From NCBI GenBank assembly GCA_964016885.1, contig OZ024749.1:26846001-26910000 (forward strand): a stretch of DNA of 64,000 nt, given 5' to 3'. Both the position numbers and the translations under genes were made by a program. The notes below the pieces were generated by a model. It had not been told where the DNA came from and did no database searches. It was given only the letters and a program-made list of their open reading frames with translations. Positions 1 to 13,603 of this stretch are shown here, piece after piece; the stretch's first letter is position 1, and each line of letters opens with the position of its first letter. This DNA is from Eledone cirrhosa (lineage: Eukaryota).

Positions 1-694
1 TTACCAAAAAAAAAAAAAATAATAATAATAATAATAAAAAGCCCCGAAGATTTTAGAAAGCAATATAAATTAATTGAAACATTATAATTATAATACTAAA
101 TTTTGATTTTCTCGTTTTCCATTTTAAATAAATAGATTTTTGTTTTGTTTTGTTTTATTTTGTTTGTTTTTTATTTTGTTTGTTATTTATTTGTTATTTT
201 TTGTCAAAATTTTATTAGTTTTATTTTGATTTTTTTTTCTTCTCTTTTGTGAATTGAGTTTCATTATGGATTAAAAATAAACAGATTAACGCCACAACAT
301 CACATATGGTTAGGTTAATAGGTCAAGCAACACAACACATGAATGGACATCACAACAGACATGAGGAACATCACATCATGAGACTGATAGAAAGAGACAA
401 GATAACAGATATGAATGAACTTCACAACACCACTATCAGATATCGATAGAAAGAGAAAATACAACATAGATGATGAATGAACATCATATCACCATTACAT
501 ATTGATAGAAACAACATCATGGATGAGCCTCACAACATCACCATTAGATATTGATAGAGACACACATCACAACAGACATGATGAACATCACAACATCACC
601 ATCAGCTGTGGATGTTCTAAATGTAGGTAATATTATAGCAGTAATAATTGTTTCTACTTTTGGCACAAGGCCAGCAATTATTATCCCAGTACAT
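1..694 (+). repeat. Copy 1 of a near-identical direct duplication (partner 52085-52762)
   Basis: Matches 52085-52762 almost base for base apart from small indels; the match ends at ...cccagtacat inside a SINE. Confidence 0.95.
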
Positions 695-1250
695 AGGGAC
701 CGCATTAGGCGATTTAGCGATCTCTCTCTATAATTCTTGGTCTTTCTCTTTTTAGATAGATACGTAGTGTTATGCACATAAAAAAATTCAACTTTTTGAT
801 CCCCTCGGCCCGCATTAGGTGAAAAACTGCGTTTTTTCAGGTTTTTATGGGTTTTTTGAGGCGTTACGTCAGACTGATTTCCTTGAAATTGTAACTATGT
901 ATTAGCCAGTCTCTTCTGCATACCGTGAGCAAAGAAAATCCAACTTTTTTACGGCCTAGGGCCGCATTAGGTGAACAAATTTTTTTTTTCAGGTTTTTAG
1001 GGCTTTTTTGAGGCGTTACGTCTAGCCGATTTTATCACATTAAAAAAATTCATTTTCTTGATCCACTAGGGCCCGCATTAGGTGAAAACCTGCATTTTTC
1101 CTGCTTCATCGAGGAAAATCTTAAATAAAATCCAGCCATCAGAGTATTCTTTACATTTTGTCCAGGCATGCAGTTTTTCCACGATTAGGTCTGTTGGCGG
1201 CCCACATTCCAAAATACCTTATCCCGTGCAACGCCGGGTACCACTGAGGT
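695..1250 (+). mobile_element. Non-autonomous Helitron-like 3' segment
   Basis: Four copies of a gg(c/a)ccgcattagg unit; ends in hairpin cccgtgcaacgccggg (1223-1238) followed by a degenerate CTRR and T, typical of Helitron 3' ends. Confidence 0.6.
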
Positions 1251-1511
1251 ATATTATATATATATAATATACATATATATTGTATTATTTTGGTGAAGAG
1301 TCAAATATATATATATAAGAAATGGGGACTCTTTTTATAGTGAAGAATTCTCCTGGGGAGGGGTTGTATACACACACACACACATATATATATATATATG
1401 TATATATATATGTATATATATATACATATATATGTGTGTGTGTGTATGTATATATATATATTTATATATGTATATATACATATATGCATATATTTGATGA
1501 TGATGATGATG

Positions 1512-1600
<89 letters not shown>

Positions 1601-1612
1601 GTATATATATAC

Positions 1613-1652
<40 letters not shown>

Positions 1653-1671
1653 TTACATATATGTATCATCA

Positions 1672-2566
1672 TCATCATCATCATCATCACCGTTTTACGT
1701 CCGTTCTTCCACGCTAGCATGGGTTAGACGGGTTGTCCTGTTGTGGGCAGTGTCTGGTCGGCTGACCATGCCTTGCTCATACAGGAACTGATCTGGCTTG
1801 ATTTCTACAGCTGGATGCCCTTCCTAACACCAACCTCATTTACAGTGAGTGCTGGGTGCTTTTTTGCCGTGGCACCTCCACGACCACCTTGCGGTGGGGG
1901 GGGGGGGGCATATTGTTTATATGCTTCAGCATGTACCCATGGGAGGTCGGGTACCCTGTATTACTGCGTGACGCCAGAAGTCACGGTCGTGTGTCATTGA
2001 CTTTGAGAGGTGTAGTTGGGTAAGGTCGGCTTTTATCACCTCATCCCAAGTCATCTTGGGTCTCCCCACTCCGCGGTTTCCATCAACTTCTAGTGCTCTG
2101 CACCTTTTTATGCAGCTGTCATCCTTCATACGCATCACATGTCCATACCAGCGTAACCGCCTCTCCTGCACGCAGCATTTGATTCCTCTTATGCTCAGTC
2201 TCTCTCTCAATTCATTTATGCTTTGTCGTTCACGTATATTACTGTTACACATCCATCGGAGCATGCAGGCTTCGTTTCTCTCTAATCTACGTAAGTCTTC
2301 CACCTTCAGCGCCCAGGTCTCACTACCATGCAACATCGCTGTTCGGATACACGCATCATACAGTCTGCCTTTCATTCTGAGGGAGAAGCCTTTTGCAGCT
2401 AGCAGTGGTAGTAGTTCCCTAAACTTCTTCCATCCCGTTCTTACCCTAGTTATTGTACTTTCTGAGCACCCACCTCCGTTGCTAATTCGGTCACCTAGGT
2501 AGCAGAAGCTGTCTACTGTTTCTACAGGGCCCTCCCAGAGATTGGTGGTACTTGTTTCCTGTGGCT
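1672..2566 (-). mobile_element. 5'-truncated RTE-clade LINE (RT C-terminus, 3' UTR, (ATG)n tail)
   Basis: [36 protein letters not shown]; 3' UTR with gttaggaagggcatccagctgtaga; diverged from the 42-46 kb copy. Confidence 0.92.
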
Positions 2567-2567
2567 G

Positions 2568-2601
<34 letters not shown>

Positions 2602-2602
2602 C

Positions 2603-2703
<101 letters not shown>

Positions 2704-2740
2704 TATATACATATATGTATATATATATATATATATATAT

Positions 2741-3829
2741 AGCGGCGATGAATTAGTTTAGCGAGGTTTTTTATATGAAATCGTGTGTCGAAACAGATAT
2801 TGTTATACTTAAAAATAAAGGTGGTAGAAAAGCCAGGAACCACCATAAAATCCCTGATCAGCAAAACCTACCCTTTTAAGAAAACCCACTGTACCAATAG
2901 GAAATGTATCATATGTAAGGTGAACCCCCGGATAAACTGTAAAACTAGAAACGTAGTCTATAGCATAAGATGTACAGAGGGTACTTGCAGAAACATGACA
3001 ACAACATACATAGGTGAGACAGCTCGTAGCATAGGTGAAAGGATAGACCAACACTGGGGGGAACTAAAAGGACGAAAAAACGGGTCAGTACTATACGAAC
3101 ATGCTAGACAACAACATGACGGTAACATAGACAACATAGAAATTAGAATAATATCTAAACATAGGAATGACCCAGCAGATAGGCAAATCAGAGAGGCCAG
3201 TGAAATAGAAATTAGAAGACCAAAGCTAAACAGAAAGAATGAGTGGAACAACAACAACACCCAAACAAACAACACTGACCTAAGAGAAGTATAAATAAGT
3301 AAATAAATAAATAAATAAAATAAAATAAAATAAGATAAATAAATACATACACAAGCACAATAAAAACAAGCACATAAACACACACTAGTCACCCAGCAGA
3401 CACAACACTATACACACTAGTCACACAGCACACATAACACTATACACACACGCAAACGCATGCGCAAAGAAGACAAAATAAAATAAGATAAACAAACAAG
3501 CAAATAAATAAATAAATATATAGACAGACTGAATAAAAAATGGCGTAGACATACAACACAACAGGAGGAACAAAGAATATAACACCACTGACGATGTTGC
3601 AGATGTGCAATGAAAGATTTATGTAAATTATGTAAACTATATATATGTGTTTGTGTCTATATTGTATCTGTATTATTTTTGACCGTCGGTCAGTCAATGG
3701 CAACATTGAGGACCGAGTAAGGTAGATCGCAGATATAAAAGACAGCGAGAAGCGAAAACCAACCAAACAGTGAGTGTGTTCTGTTATTAATTCTGGCAAT
3801 ATTACGTAAATATGACCCTCCCCAAGTAT

Positions 3830-3830
<1 letters not shown>
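2741..3830 (+). mobile_element. Penelope-like element 3' end: GIY-YIG endonuclease ORF (2785-3294) plus pLTR-like tail
   Basis: Cys-rich linker C..C..C..C, NVVYSIRC..C...YIGETAR..ER..QH, RQIREASEI...LNRKNE; hammerhead-like core at 3588-3615. Confidence 0.9.
3588..3615 (+). ncRNA. Hammerhead-like core (partial)
   Basis: CTGACGA-TG-TTGCA gatg TGCAA-T-GAAA; stems I and III not clearly recoverable. Confidence 0.5.
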
Positions 3831-3876
<46 letters not shown>

Positions 3877-3901
3877 TAGATGTATATATATATATATATA
3901 C

Positions 3902-3950
<49 letters not shown>

Positions 3951-4108
3951 TGTGTGTGTGTATATACAACCCCTCCCCCAGGAGAATTCTTCACTATAAA
4001 AAGAGTCCCCATTTCTTATATATATATATTTGACTATTCACCAAAATAATACAATATATATGCTGGGGCACTGCAGATATCTTTGATGCAAACCTACCTA
4101 GTAGAATG

Positions 4109-4998
4109 GGGGGGGGGGGGTAAAGTGGTGGTGTTGGTGATAGTGGTGGTGGTAGTAGTGAAGGTGGTGATGGTAGTGGTGGTGGTGGTGGTAGTGGTAT
4201 TAGTAAAGGTGGTGATGATGGTGTTGGTGGAGATAGTGATAGTAGTGAAGGTGGTGATGGTGGTGATGGAGGCATTGGCTGTGACATCAGCCTCACTATC
4301 TTAACACTCACCTCGGTATTATTGAGAATCGGTAGAGCATCAAGTCAAGTGCTTTTGTGGTGTTTGATCTGGTTCTTTATATTCTGGGTTCAAATCTGAG
4401 GTGGACTTTGTCTGTTATTCTTCCAGTCTCAATAAAATAAATACTGAGGTTGACATAACACCCACCTCCACCACCACCACCACAACCTCTTCCACCACCA
4501 CCGCCGACAACACGACGACCACCACCACCACCTCCACCAACACTACACAACACAACCACAACCACCGCCACCACCACCACCATCACCACCACCACCACCA
4601 ACACCACCACCTCCACCACCACCACCAACACCACCACCTCCACCATCACCACCATCACCACCACCACCACCACCTCCAACACCACCACCTCCACCATCAC
4701 CACCACCACCACCACCTCCACCATCACCACCACGACCACCAACACTACACAACACAACCACAACCACCACCACCACCACCATCACCACCACCACCACCAC
4801 CTCCACCACCACCACCACCATCACCACCACGACCACCACCACCACCTCCACCAACACTACACAACACAACCACAACCACCACCACCACCACCTCCATGAC
4901 CACCACCACCAACACCACCACCTCCACCACCACCACCACTACCACCACCACCACCACCACCACCACCACCACCACCACCACCACCACCACCACCACTA

Positions 4999-5037
<39 letters not shown>

Positions 5038-5040
5038 TTG
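4109..5040. repeat. (GGT)n and (CCA)n low-complexity tracts
   Basis: Trinucleotide repeats giving poly-T/H/P/V/G pseudo-ORFs. Confidence 0.95.
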
Positions 5041-5254
5041 TGTAGTTTGAGAGTAAGTTATGTTAAGACAGTAGCAGAACTATGTATTTGTTAGTGGCTG
5101 AATGAACTATAAATTATCTGTGACATAAGTGAGATACTAGTAGAGATAATAAAAACTATTAGTTTATACCAGTAAAACATTTACAATATCATTTGAGAGG
5201 CACAGCAGAAATCTTGAGATCATCGTCATCATCATCATCATCATCATCATCATT

Positions 5255-5285
<31 letters not shown>

Positions 5286-5296
5286 TCATCATTATA

Positions 5297-5470
5297 GTAA
5301 TTGTTTCTACTCTTGGCTCAAGGCCAGCAATTACCCCAGTGCATTACTGGTGCTTTATTTTATCGACTCCTGTAAGGATGAAAGGCAAAGTTAAGCTCCG
5401 TGCGATTTGAACTCAGAATGTAAACTCTATGCTGCAAACCATGGTGTCTGACCCTCTACTGATACTGCCA
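5297..5470 (-). mobile_element. tRNA-derived SINE family A (Deu/Nin-like core)
   Basis: Reverse complement of the family consensus ctttgcctttcatccttac...gtcgataaaataaag..ccag...agtagaaacaatta. Confidence 0.85.
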
Positions 5471-5479
5471 AAAAACAGA

Positions 5480-7102
5480 GACCAATGTATGTAATGTGTA
5501 TGGCTCATCTGACCATGCCAATTACTTACGGAACCTGGATCTCATAATACTGGACAAGGCTTCTATGATTCCCTCCTATGCAATTCATTCCATTTACAAG
5601 TGCCTTCATGACATCACTGGTGTTTGAAGAAAAGGTTTTACTTTTTGGAGGTGACTTTAGGCAACTGCTGCCAATATTACCAAGGACTACCTGTGAAGCC
5701 ACATTAGAAATATGCCTTAAAAACTCCCATCTGTGGCACTTCTTTCAACATTTTAGATTAAGCAATAATGTCAGAGTAAGAGAAGATCAGAGGGAGTTTG
5801 TGAAGTGGCTGCTGCATCTTGGTAATGGAATAACACTTCCAATTGAAGGACTGAATATGAATGAAGATGATGTTGGAGTGCCTCCATTATCATGTGTAAA
5901 TGACTGTTTAGCGAAACAGCGCAACAAGAGAAAAGAACACGTGTCATTTGATCTCCCAAGAATGCTGATTGCCTATTAATCAATGAAGAGGTTCTCAGAC
6001 AACTCCCTGGTAATAGCCATACTTATTACAGAACAGATAGAGTACTCGCTGATGAGCCTACAAAGGCAGACAGATATTCTACTGAATTTCTGAACTCACT
6101 TACACCTTCCAGGATGCTGCCTCACAAACTCCAATTAAAAACAGGATCATTAATAATGCTTTTATGGAATATTTAAATCCAGACGGATTATGCAATGGCA
6201 CAAGATTAAAAGTAATGGGAATGCATCAACATTTTATCAAAGCTTCTCATATCAATGGTCCTTTGATGAGCAGGCATGTTTTGATCCCAAGACTGAAGTT
6301 AGTGCCCAGTGATGCTAACATCCCTTTTACTTTGGAAAGAACCTAATTTCCATTAAAACTGTCGTATGCTATGACAATCAACAAGAGCCATGGTCAAATA
6401 TACGATAAAGTGGGTCTGTTCCTTCCTGAGCCAGTATTTCACCATGGACAATTGTATGTCGTTTTTTCAAGAGTTCGCAGGCAGTCAGATGTAAAAATGA
6501 AAGTATTGAACACTGGTAAGCAAGGGAGACGAGGTAATAAAACGGTGACAAAGAACATTGTATGCACACAGCTCTTAAAATAATTCTGAGCCAAGTTGCA
6601 AGCTGCAATAGAATTGAAACTAATCATGTAAATAAAGAGATTGTGTATATTCTCTATATCGTTTTGTATTCATATATAATGTAAAGTAAATATGATAAAA
6701 TATTGCGCATTGAGGAATATGCTATTATATATTAATCTTTGAGTTTCAATAGAATTACCATATTTCCCGGCGTCAAAGACGCTACTTTTTCCCTAAAATA
6801 AGTCTCAAAAATCTACCATGCCTTCTGGAGGCCGAAAGTTGTTTATTATTTTTTTTTTTATTTTAGGTTGTCAAAATTTTAGGTTGTCGAGGACGAAGCA
6901 TCTTCAGCGCCAGGAAATACGGTAAATACTAATGAATGATATGTGTATTAATTATTGTATAGATTGCTTTTGTATATTTATGTATCATTCATTGCACAAG
7001 CAACAACAAGATTTATATGCAATAGAAATGCAAATCGTCCTTTTTTCTTAAATAGCTCCTCTTAATTATTTCATCAGTGCAATTTCCACAGGTCCCATTA
7101 GT
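5480..7102 (+). mobile_element. Decayed Helitron 3' part: Pif1-family helicase pseudogene and 3' terminus
   Basis: [40 protein letters not shown] in frameshifted ORFs; degenerate terminal hairpin and ttag-t at about 7075-7102. Confidence 0.88.
6756..6924. mobile_element. Tc1/mariner (pogo/Tigger-type) MITE nested in the Helitron tail
   Basis: Imperfect TIRs ccatatttcccggcg..aagacgc / gcatctt..cgccaggaaatacgg flanked by TA. Confidence 0.8.
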
Positions 7103-7127
7103 ATATATATATATATATATATATATA

Positions 7128-7441
7128 GTAGGCATCTCTAACAAAATACACCCCGTCCCACCACCCCACCCCATCCACACCACCCCGTCCTATGTAAAGT
7201 TATGTTGGTGCCACAACATCCAGGCCGAAACAAACGAGATCGTGTAGGTGTCATGACAAAAACCTCCCAGTCCCACACTGTAAATGTGGTTGGTGTTAGG
7301 AAGGGCATCCAGCTGTAGAAAACCCGCCAGACAGTCCTATGCGAGCAAGACAACCACTCTTGCCTCAAGTGGGAAAACTCCCGTCCAAACCCATGCAAGC
7401 GTGGAACATGGACGTTAAACGATGATGATGATGATGATGAT
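7128..7441 (+). mobile_element. RTE LINE 3' UTR fragment
   Basis: Matches 46026-46390; (ATG)n tail. Confidence 0.9.
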
Positions 7442-7551
7442 ATGTATATATAGTAATATAGTAGTGAAAGAATGAAGAATAACATGGTCGGCTGTACAAA
7501 AAGGGTTTTATTTACAGTATTAATAATTGTTTCATTGATCAGGTGATATCA

Positions 7552-7596
<45 letters not shown>

Positions 7597-7628
<32 letters not shown>

Positions 7629-10265
7629 GTTTAACGTCCATATTCCACGCTTGCATGGGTTTGGACGGGGGTTTTCCCACTTGAGGCAAGAGTGGTTGTC
7701 TTGCTTGCAGAGGACTGTCTGGCGGGTTTTCTACGGCTGGATGCCCTTCCTAACACCAACCACGTTTACAGTGTGGAACTGGGAGGTTTTTACCGTGTTA
7801 CCTACACGGCCACATTACAGCGTGGACTGTGTGTTTTTTTTGTCGTGACACCTACACGACCTCATTTGTTTCGGGCTGGATGTTGTGACACCAACATAAC
7901 TTTACATTGAAAGGGGCGGTGTGGATGGAGTGGGGGGTAGTGGGACAGGGTGTATTTTGTTAGAGGTGCCTACTGACTGTAAGGCGGGTCTTCTCTATTA
8001 CTGTGTAGCGCCAAAGATCTCGGTCCAGTGACATTGTCTTGGAAAGGTGTAAGTGTGTGAGGTCGGAATTTATCAAGTCGTCCCAGGTTTTTCTGGGTCT
8101 GCCTACTCCGTGGCTACCGTCTATTTTTATGGCCCTGCACTTTTTTATACAGCTGTCGTCTTTCATACACATCACGTGACCATACCAACGTAGTCTTCTC
8201 TCGAGTAAACAACATCTGATCCCTCTTATTTCTAATTTCTCCCTTAGTACGTTTATGCTTTGCCGTTCACGTATATTACTATTACACATCCAGCGGAGCA
8301 TGCAAGCTTCGTTTCTCCCCAGTCTACGTATATCCTCTGCACACAATGCCCAGGTCTCATTGCCATGTAACATTGCTGTTCGTATGCAGGCATCATACAG
8401 CCTGCCTTTCATTTTTAGAGAGAACCCTTTAGCGGCCAATAGTGGTATAAGCTCTCTGAACTTTTTCCATCCCGTTCTGACCCTAGCTACTGTACTTTCA
8501 GAACACCCTCCCACACAGCTGATTTTATCACCCAGGTAACGGAAGCTGTCCACTGTTTCTATAGAACCATCTGTGGAATGAGTTAGTATTCTGTGGGCAC
8601 TTGCTGCTACTTATTGCACCAGAGCACCGGCCACATATAAAATCTATATTCTTAGATAGTTTACCTGTGATCCCACTACATCTTTTATGTACCCATACTT
8701 TGCATTTGGGACATAAAATGGAGTTTCTACCTACTCCTTTCCAGATGGGACCGGTGCCCTATTTTCCTTCCTACAAACTAGAACCTTAGTCTTAGACAAG
8801 TTAACTTTAAGGCCTTTTGATTCTAGGCCATGCTTCCATGTTTGGAATTTCTTTTCTAGTTCAGCCATTGATTCAGCTATGAGCGTTAGATCATCTGCAT
8901 ATAGGAGTTCCCATGGGCAGCTGGTCTTGAACTCCTCTGTTATAGCCTGAAGGGCAATAATAAATAGTAGGGGGCTAAGGACAGAGCCCTGATGAACACC
9001 AACTTTTACGCTAAACTCTTCACAATATTCATTGTTAATTCTAACCTTGCTGATTGTTTCTTTATACATGGCTTGTATAGCTCTCACAAGCCATTCATCA
9101 ACACTTAGTTTTCTAAGGGCCCACCAGATAATCGAGCGGGGTACTCTGTCAAAGGCTTTCTCCAAGTCAACAAAAGCTAAGTATAGGGGTTTACTTTTAG
9201 CTAGGTACTTCTCCTGTAGTTGTCGTACAATGAAAAGAGCATCTGTTGTACTTTTACCTGACACAAACCCGAACTGCATTTCGTCTAGATCAATTCACTC
9301 TGATTAGTTGCGCTATTACTTTTTCTGTGACCTTCATGACCTGGTCAATTAATTTAATGCCTCTATAGTTTCCCCTATCTAGGGCATCACCTTTACCCTT
9401 GTAGCAGTTAATGATGATGCTGCTGCGCCAGTCCTTCGGAACAACCCCATTCTGTATGACTTGGTTTACTATCCGGGTGACCATAGTGTGTCCCACCGTT
9501 CCAGATGCTTTCAGCATTTCGGCAACTATTTCCGAAGGCCCAGCCGCCTTGCCCGTCTTCATGTCTTTGATCACCTTACTTATTATACTACCTTCAACTT
9601 GCACTGCTGGTCCCTCTATTGGGTCAATGTGGGGGAGACTGTCTTTCTCCCAATTATTCTCCTCATTTAGTAGCCTTTCATAGTGACACTTCCAAGCTAC
9701 CTTCTTATCAGCGTCAGTGATGGCAAGTACACCATCATCATTTAGGACACACTTCTCCCCGACAATATCACTGTTATCCTTGACACATTGCCTAGCAATC
9801 CTGAACACCTCACGTTTTTGGTCCTCGCGTTGTAGAACATGCTTGAACTTTCTTTCTTCTGCTTCCCGTCTTGCGAAGTACACTTGTCTCCTAGCTTCCC
9901 TCCTGGCCACTTGATAGTCTTCTCTACTTCCCCCATCCCGCCATGCTTTCCAAGCCTGCTTTTTGGCCTTGATTGACCTCTCCACCTTACTGTTCCACCA
10001 CCAAGTTACTCTCCTCCTGCCTATAGGCCTGCTCCAGCCACAAGTTTCATCTGTCGTCTTCGGCAGGTTAGCTTTCAGGAATTACCACTGTTCCTCTATT
10101 CATCTGCATATAGGAGTTCCCATGGGCAGCCGGTCTTGAACTCCTCTGCTATAGCCTGAAGGGCAATAATAAATAGTAGGGGGCTAAGGACGGAGCCCTG
10201 ATGAACACCAACTTTTACGCTAAACTCTTCACTATATTCGTTGTTAATTCTAACCTTGCTGACTG
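7597..10265 (-). mobile_element. 5'-truncated, frameshifted RTE LINE with an extra duplicated RT piece (10096-10265) at its 5' junction
   Basis: QFGF..STTDA..FVDLEKAFDRV..GVHQGSVLSPLLF..LLYADD..RWYGHV; very similar to 42788-46039. Confidence 0.95.
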
Positions 10266-10514
10266 TATATATATATATATATATAAGCAAAAAGATATTT
10301 AATTTGTTGGTAATTCAACAAATATATTTATAACAGATCCGAAGAACTTGACAGGAACTTAAACCGTTAAGGTCCAATTCTTGGTTATGTCACTATTTAT
10401 AAAACAAGAGTGTACCAAAGTTTTGGTACCCTTGAAATATATATAATAGCATAAATATGGTTTTATAAATATAGTCTCCATTTATTAATAAAATTGATAT
10501 ATATATATATATAT

Positions 10515-10575
<61 letters not shown>

Positions 10576-10633
10576 GGAGGTGTGCATAATAAAATACATG
10601 GAACTCTTTTAACCATCTTTTGATCTTATATTA

Positions 10634-10665
<32 letters not shown>

Positions 10666-10803
10666 GGAAAGTTATATTTAAATTGTTGGGTTACAACTAG
10701 TAAATATTTATAACTGATATAAAAGCACTCAACAAGTATTTGGAGTATATATATAATGAAATAAATATGGTTTTATAAATATAGTTTCCATTTATTTAAT
10801 ATC

Positions 10804-10875
<72 letters not shown>

Positions 10876-11660
10876 TGAAATGATATATGATTAAGGCTTT
10901 CTGTATTATATTTATCTACCTCATTATTGTATTCCAAGGTGAGAGAGATTTTGTATTGTTCACTAAAAGTTCTTGTAAATGTCAAAGATGCCAAGAAGCA
11001 GCAAATCTATGTCTGTGTATGTGTGTGTGTGTGTGTGTACGAATATATTTATGTATACAGATGTATATGTGTGTGTGTGTCTACGTATGTATTTATGTAT
11101 ACTCATGTATATGTATGTGTGTGTGTCTGCATGTGTATTTATGTATATGTGTGTGTCTATGTATGTATTTATGTGTATACATGTATGTGTGTGTGTGAGT
11201 CTGTGTGTGTATTTATGTATGCACATGTATGTGTGTGTCTCTGTGTATGTGTGTATTCATGTGTACACACACACACATATATATATATATTTATGTGTAT
11301 GTGTATTTATATATAAAAATATCTATATATGTTTATGTGTATGTGTGTATTTATGTGTACATATATATATATATATGTATATATATGTATGTGTATTTAT
11401 ATGTATATATCTATATGTTTATGTGTTTGTGTATAGTTTCACATTTATAAAGAACAAAAGGATCTGATTACAAAAGGTTTGGTAGAATGAAGTTATCTAC
11501 TTCCACTGGCAAATCAATGTCCCCACTCCACCCACCAATGTCCCCACGTCTTATAACTTGCAATCTATCCCCCACCCCCAGCCCCACCCCACCCTTCACA
11601 CATATTGCTATCTTCATGTCTATAATATGTTCACTTCCCTTCATATTTGACAGTTGAGTC

Positions 11661-12100
11661 TAACACCACCACCACCACCACCACTACCACCACCACTACC
11701 ACTACCATCACCACTACCATCACCACCACTACCACCACCACCACCACCACTATCACCACCATCACCACCACCACCACCACCACCATCACTAACACCAATA
11801 CAGCCACCACCATCACCAAGACCACTACCACTATCACCACCACCACCATCACTATCACCAACACAGCCACCACCATCACCATCACCATCACCAAGACCAC
11901 CACCACCACCTCCACCACTATCACCACCATCACCACCACCACTATCACCACCACCACCATCACCACCACCACCGCCACCATCACTATCACCAACACAGCC
12001 GCCACCATCACCAAGACCACCACCACCACCACCACCATCACCACCGCCACCAACACCACCACCACAACCACCACCACCACCACTACCACCATCATCACAT
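11661..12100. repeat. (CCA)n low-complexity tract
   Basis: Trinucleotide repeat. Confidence 0.95.
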
Positions 12101-12389
12101 ACCTCTCGTAGACTGCCAAGGTTACCCAAACCACCATCACAGCCTTCACCCTATGATAACTTTAGCATCCTGGCAAGGCCAACACTTTATTACACCTACA
12201 TATCTCTAGTATGGTGAGAATAGCGACAGGGGAGACAAACAATGGTGGGAATAAAGCTAATGATGAATGTTATAAAGAGAAATGGAATAGAATGAGATGT
12301 CTGGGACATGTGTTGAGGAAGGAAAAAAACCACTGGAAGAGAGGAGTTAGAAGACTAGAACCAGTAATGGATGTTGTGAGGTAGGATTT

Positions 12390-12970
12390 GCATTACCAGT
12401 CTGGAACCCCTATCTTGCTCAGAACATTGACCGCCTGGAAATTGTTCAGAGACGTGCAACCAAGTGAATACCCTTCATCAGGCATCTACCATACTTTGAA
12501 TGCCTTGCTTCCCTGGGCATAGATATGGATACATTGAAGCTCTGTCGTCTGGCAACTGACTCACCCACAAAATTATTAACGATCTTGCCAACAACAACCC
12601 TGAGCACCTTTTTGAATTCTATGTGTCTAACACCCGCGGACATGCCTACAAAGACAGAAAGCAGCACAGCTCCCATGACTTTCGGAAACATTTTTTCATG
12701 CTCAGAGTTGCTGAAGCATGGAACAAACTACCTGCATCAGTTATTAGCTGTCGAGACACTGCATCCTTTAAAACCTCCATGCTTCCTGAAATTCGCCAAC
12801 ACTACACCTGATATCCCCTCTCCATATACACTAACATATGTATATCATGACTCATATACTGTTCACTTTCCTGACATTTGTACATTATTCTATGTACTAT
12901 ACATGCACCATTGATGAATTGTAGTGCACCTGAGCACTATACACAATGATTTCATTATAATTATTATTAT
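12390..12970 (+). mobile_element. CR1 LINE 3' end inserted in an older RTE-like remnant (about 12280-13210)
   Basis: VWNPYL..IDRLEIVQRRATK, TRGHAYK..RKHFF..RVAEAWNKLP; (ATT)n tail; flanks show GHVLRK and RGRGRPRKIW remnants. Confidence 0.85.
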
Positions 12971-13400
12971 AAGGATGGGAACCTGAGCTAGAGTGATGGG
13001 ATTACAACCACTGATGGATGTTGTGAGGTAAAATGGAATGTGAGGGTTAGGTCATGTGTTGAGGAAGGATGTAAGTGAGTGGGGGGAAAAGAATAATGGA
13101 AATAGATGTGGAAGTAAGTAGAGGAAGGGGAAGACCAAGAAAGATATGGCTGAAGGTAATGGAGAGAGAAATGGAAGCCAAGGGTGTCTAGTACTAGTGA
13201 TGCAGAAGATAGGACAAAAAGCTTGTCATGGAGCTTGGAAAACTAATTCCTGTTTTGTGTGCTGTTTTTGTAGACCTCTAGCACACTGCTAAAACCATTG
13301 AGACCTCAACAAATACAAAGCTTTGTATCGCTTGGGTGAAGTGACTGTTTCTGCGCATGCGTGTTCATACAGTTGTTCTTCCTGTTCCGTAAAGCCATGA

Positions 13401-13450
13401 CCAGTACAAGCTGAAGATCCGCTAGCATGAAACAATTGTTCTCAGTATGG
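13401..13450 (+). ncRNA. Minimal type I hammerhead-like motif
   Basis: CTGAAGA-tccgctagcat-GAAA-CAATTG-TT with palindromic stem III and imperfect stem I ccagtacaag/ctcagtatgg. Confidence 0.6.
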
Positions 13451-13541
13451 TGAACTAACTGTTGTGTTACCACTTCTACCTAACTCGTCCCATAGACTGA
13501 GTGCTCTACCACTACGGATATTGCTTTCCAGTGTTCTACCC

Positions 13542-13599
<58 letters not shown>

Positions 13600-13603
<4 letters not shown>

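Noticed and set aside
1301-1727. YIYI and VCVC ORFs here and throughout (for example 10887-11467, 33036-34264, 41045-42419, 58362-58732)
   Set aside because: Translations of (TA)n, (CA)n and (TATG)n microsatellites
4401-5045. His/Thr/Pro-rich 214-aa ORF, and the similar 11631-12217 ORFs
   Set aside because: (CCA)n repeat open in several frames with no complex sequence
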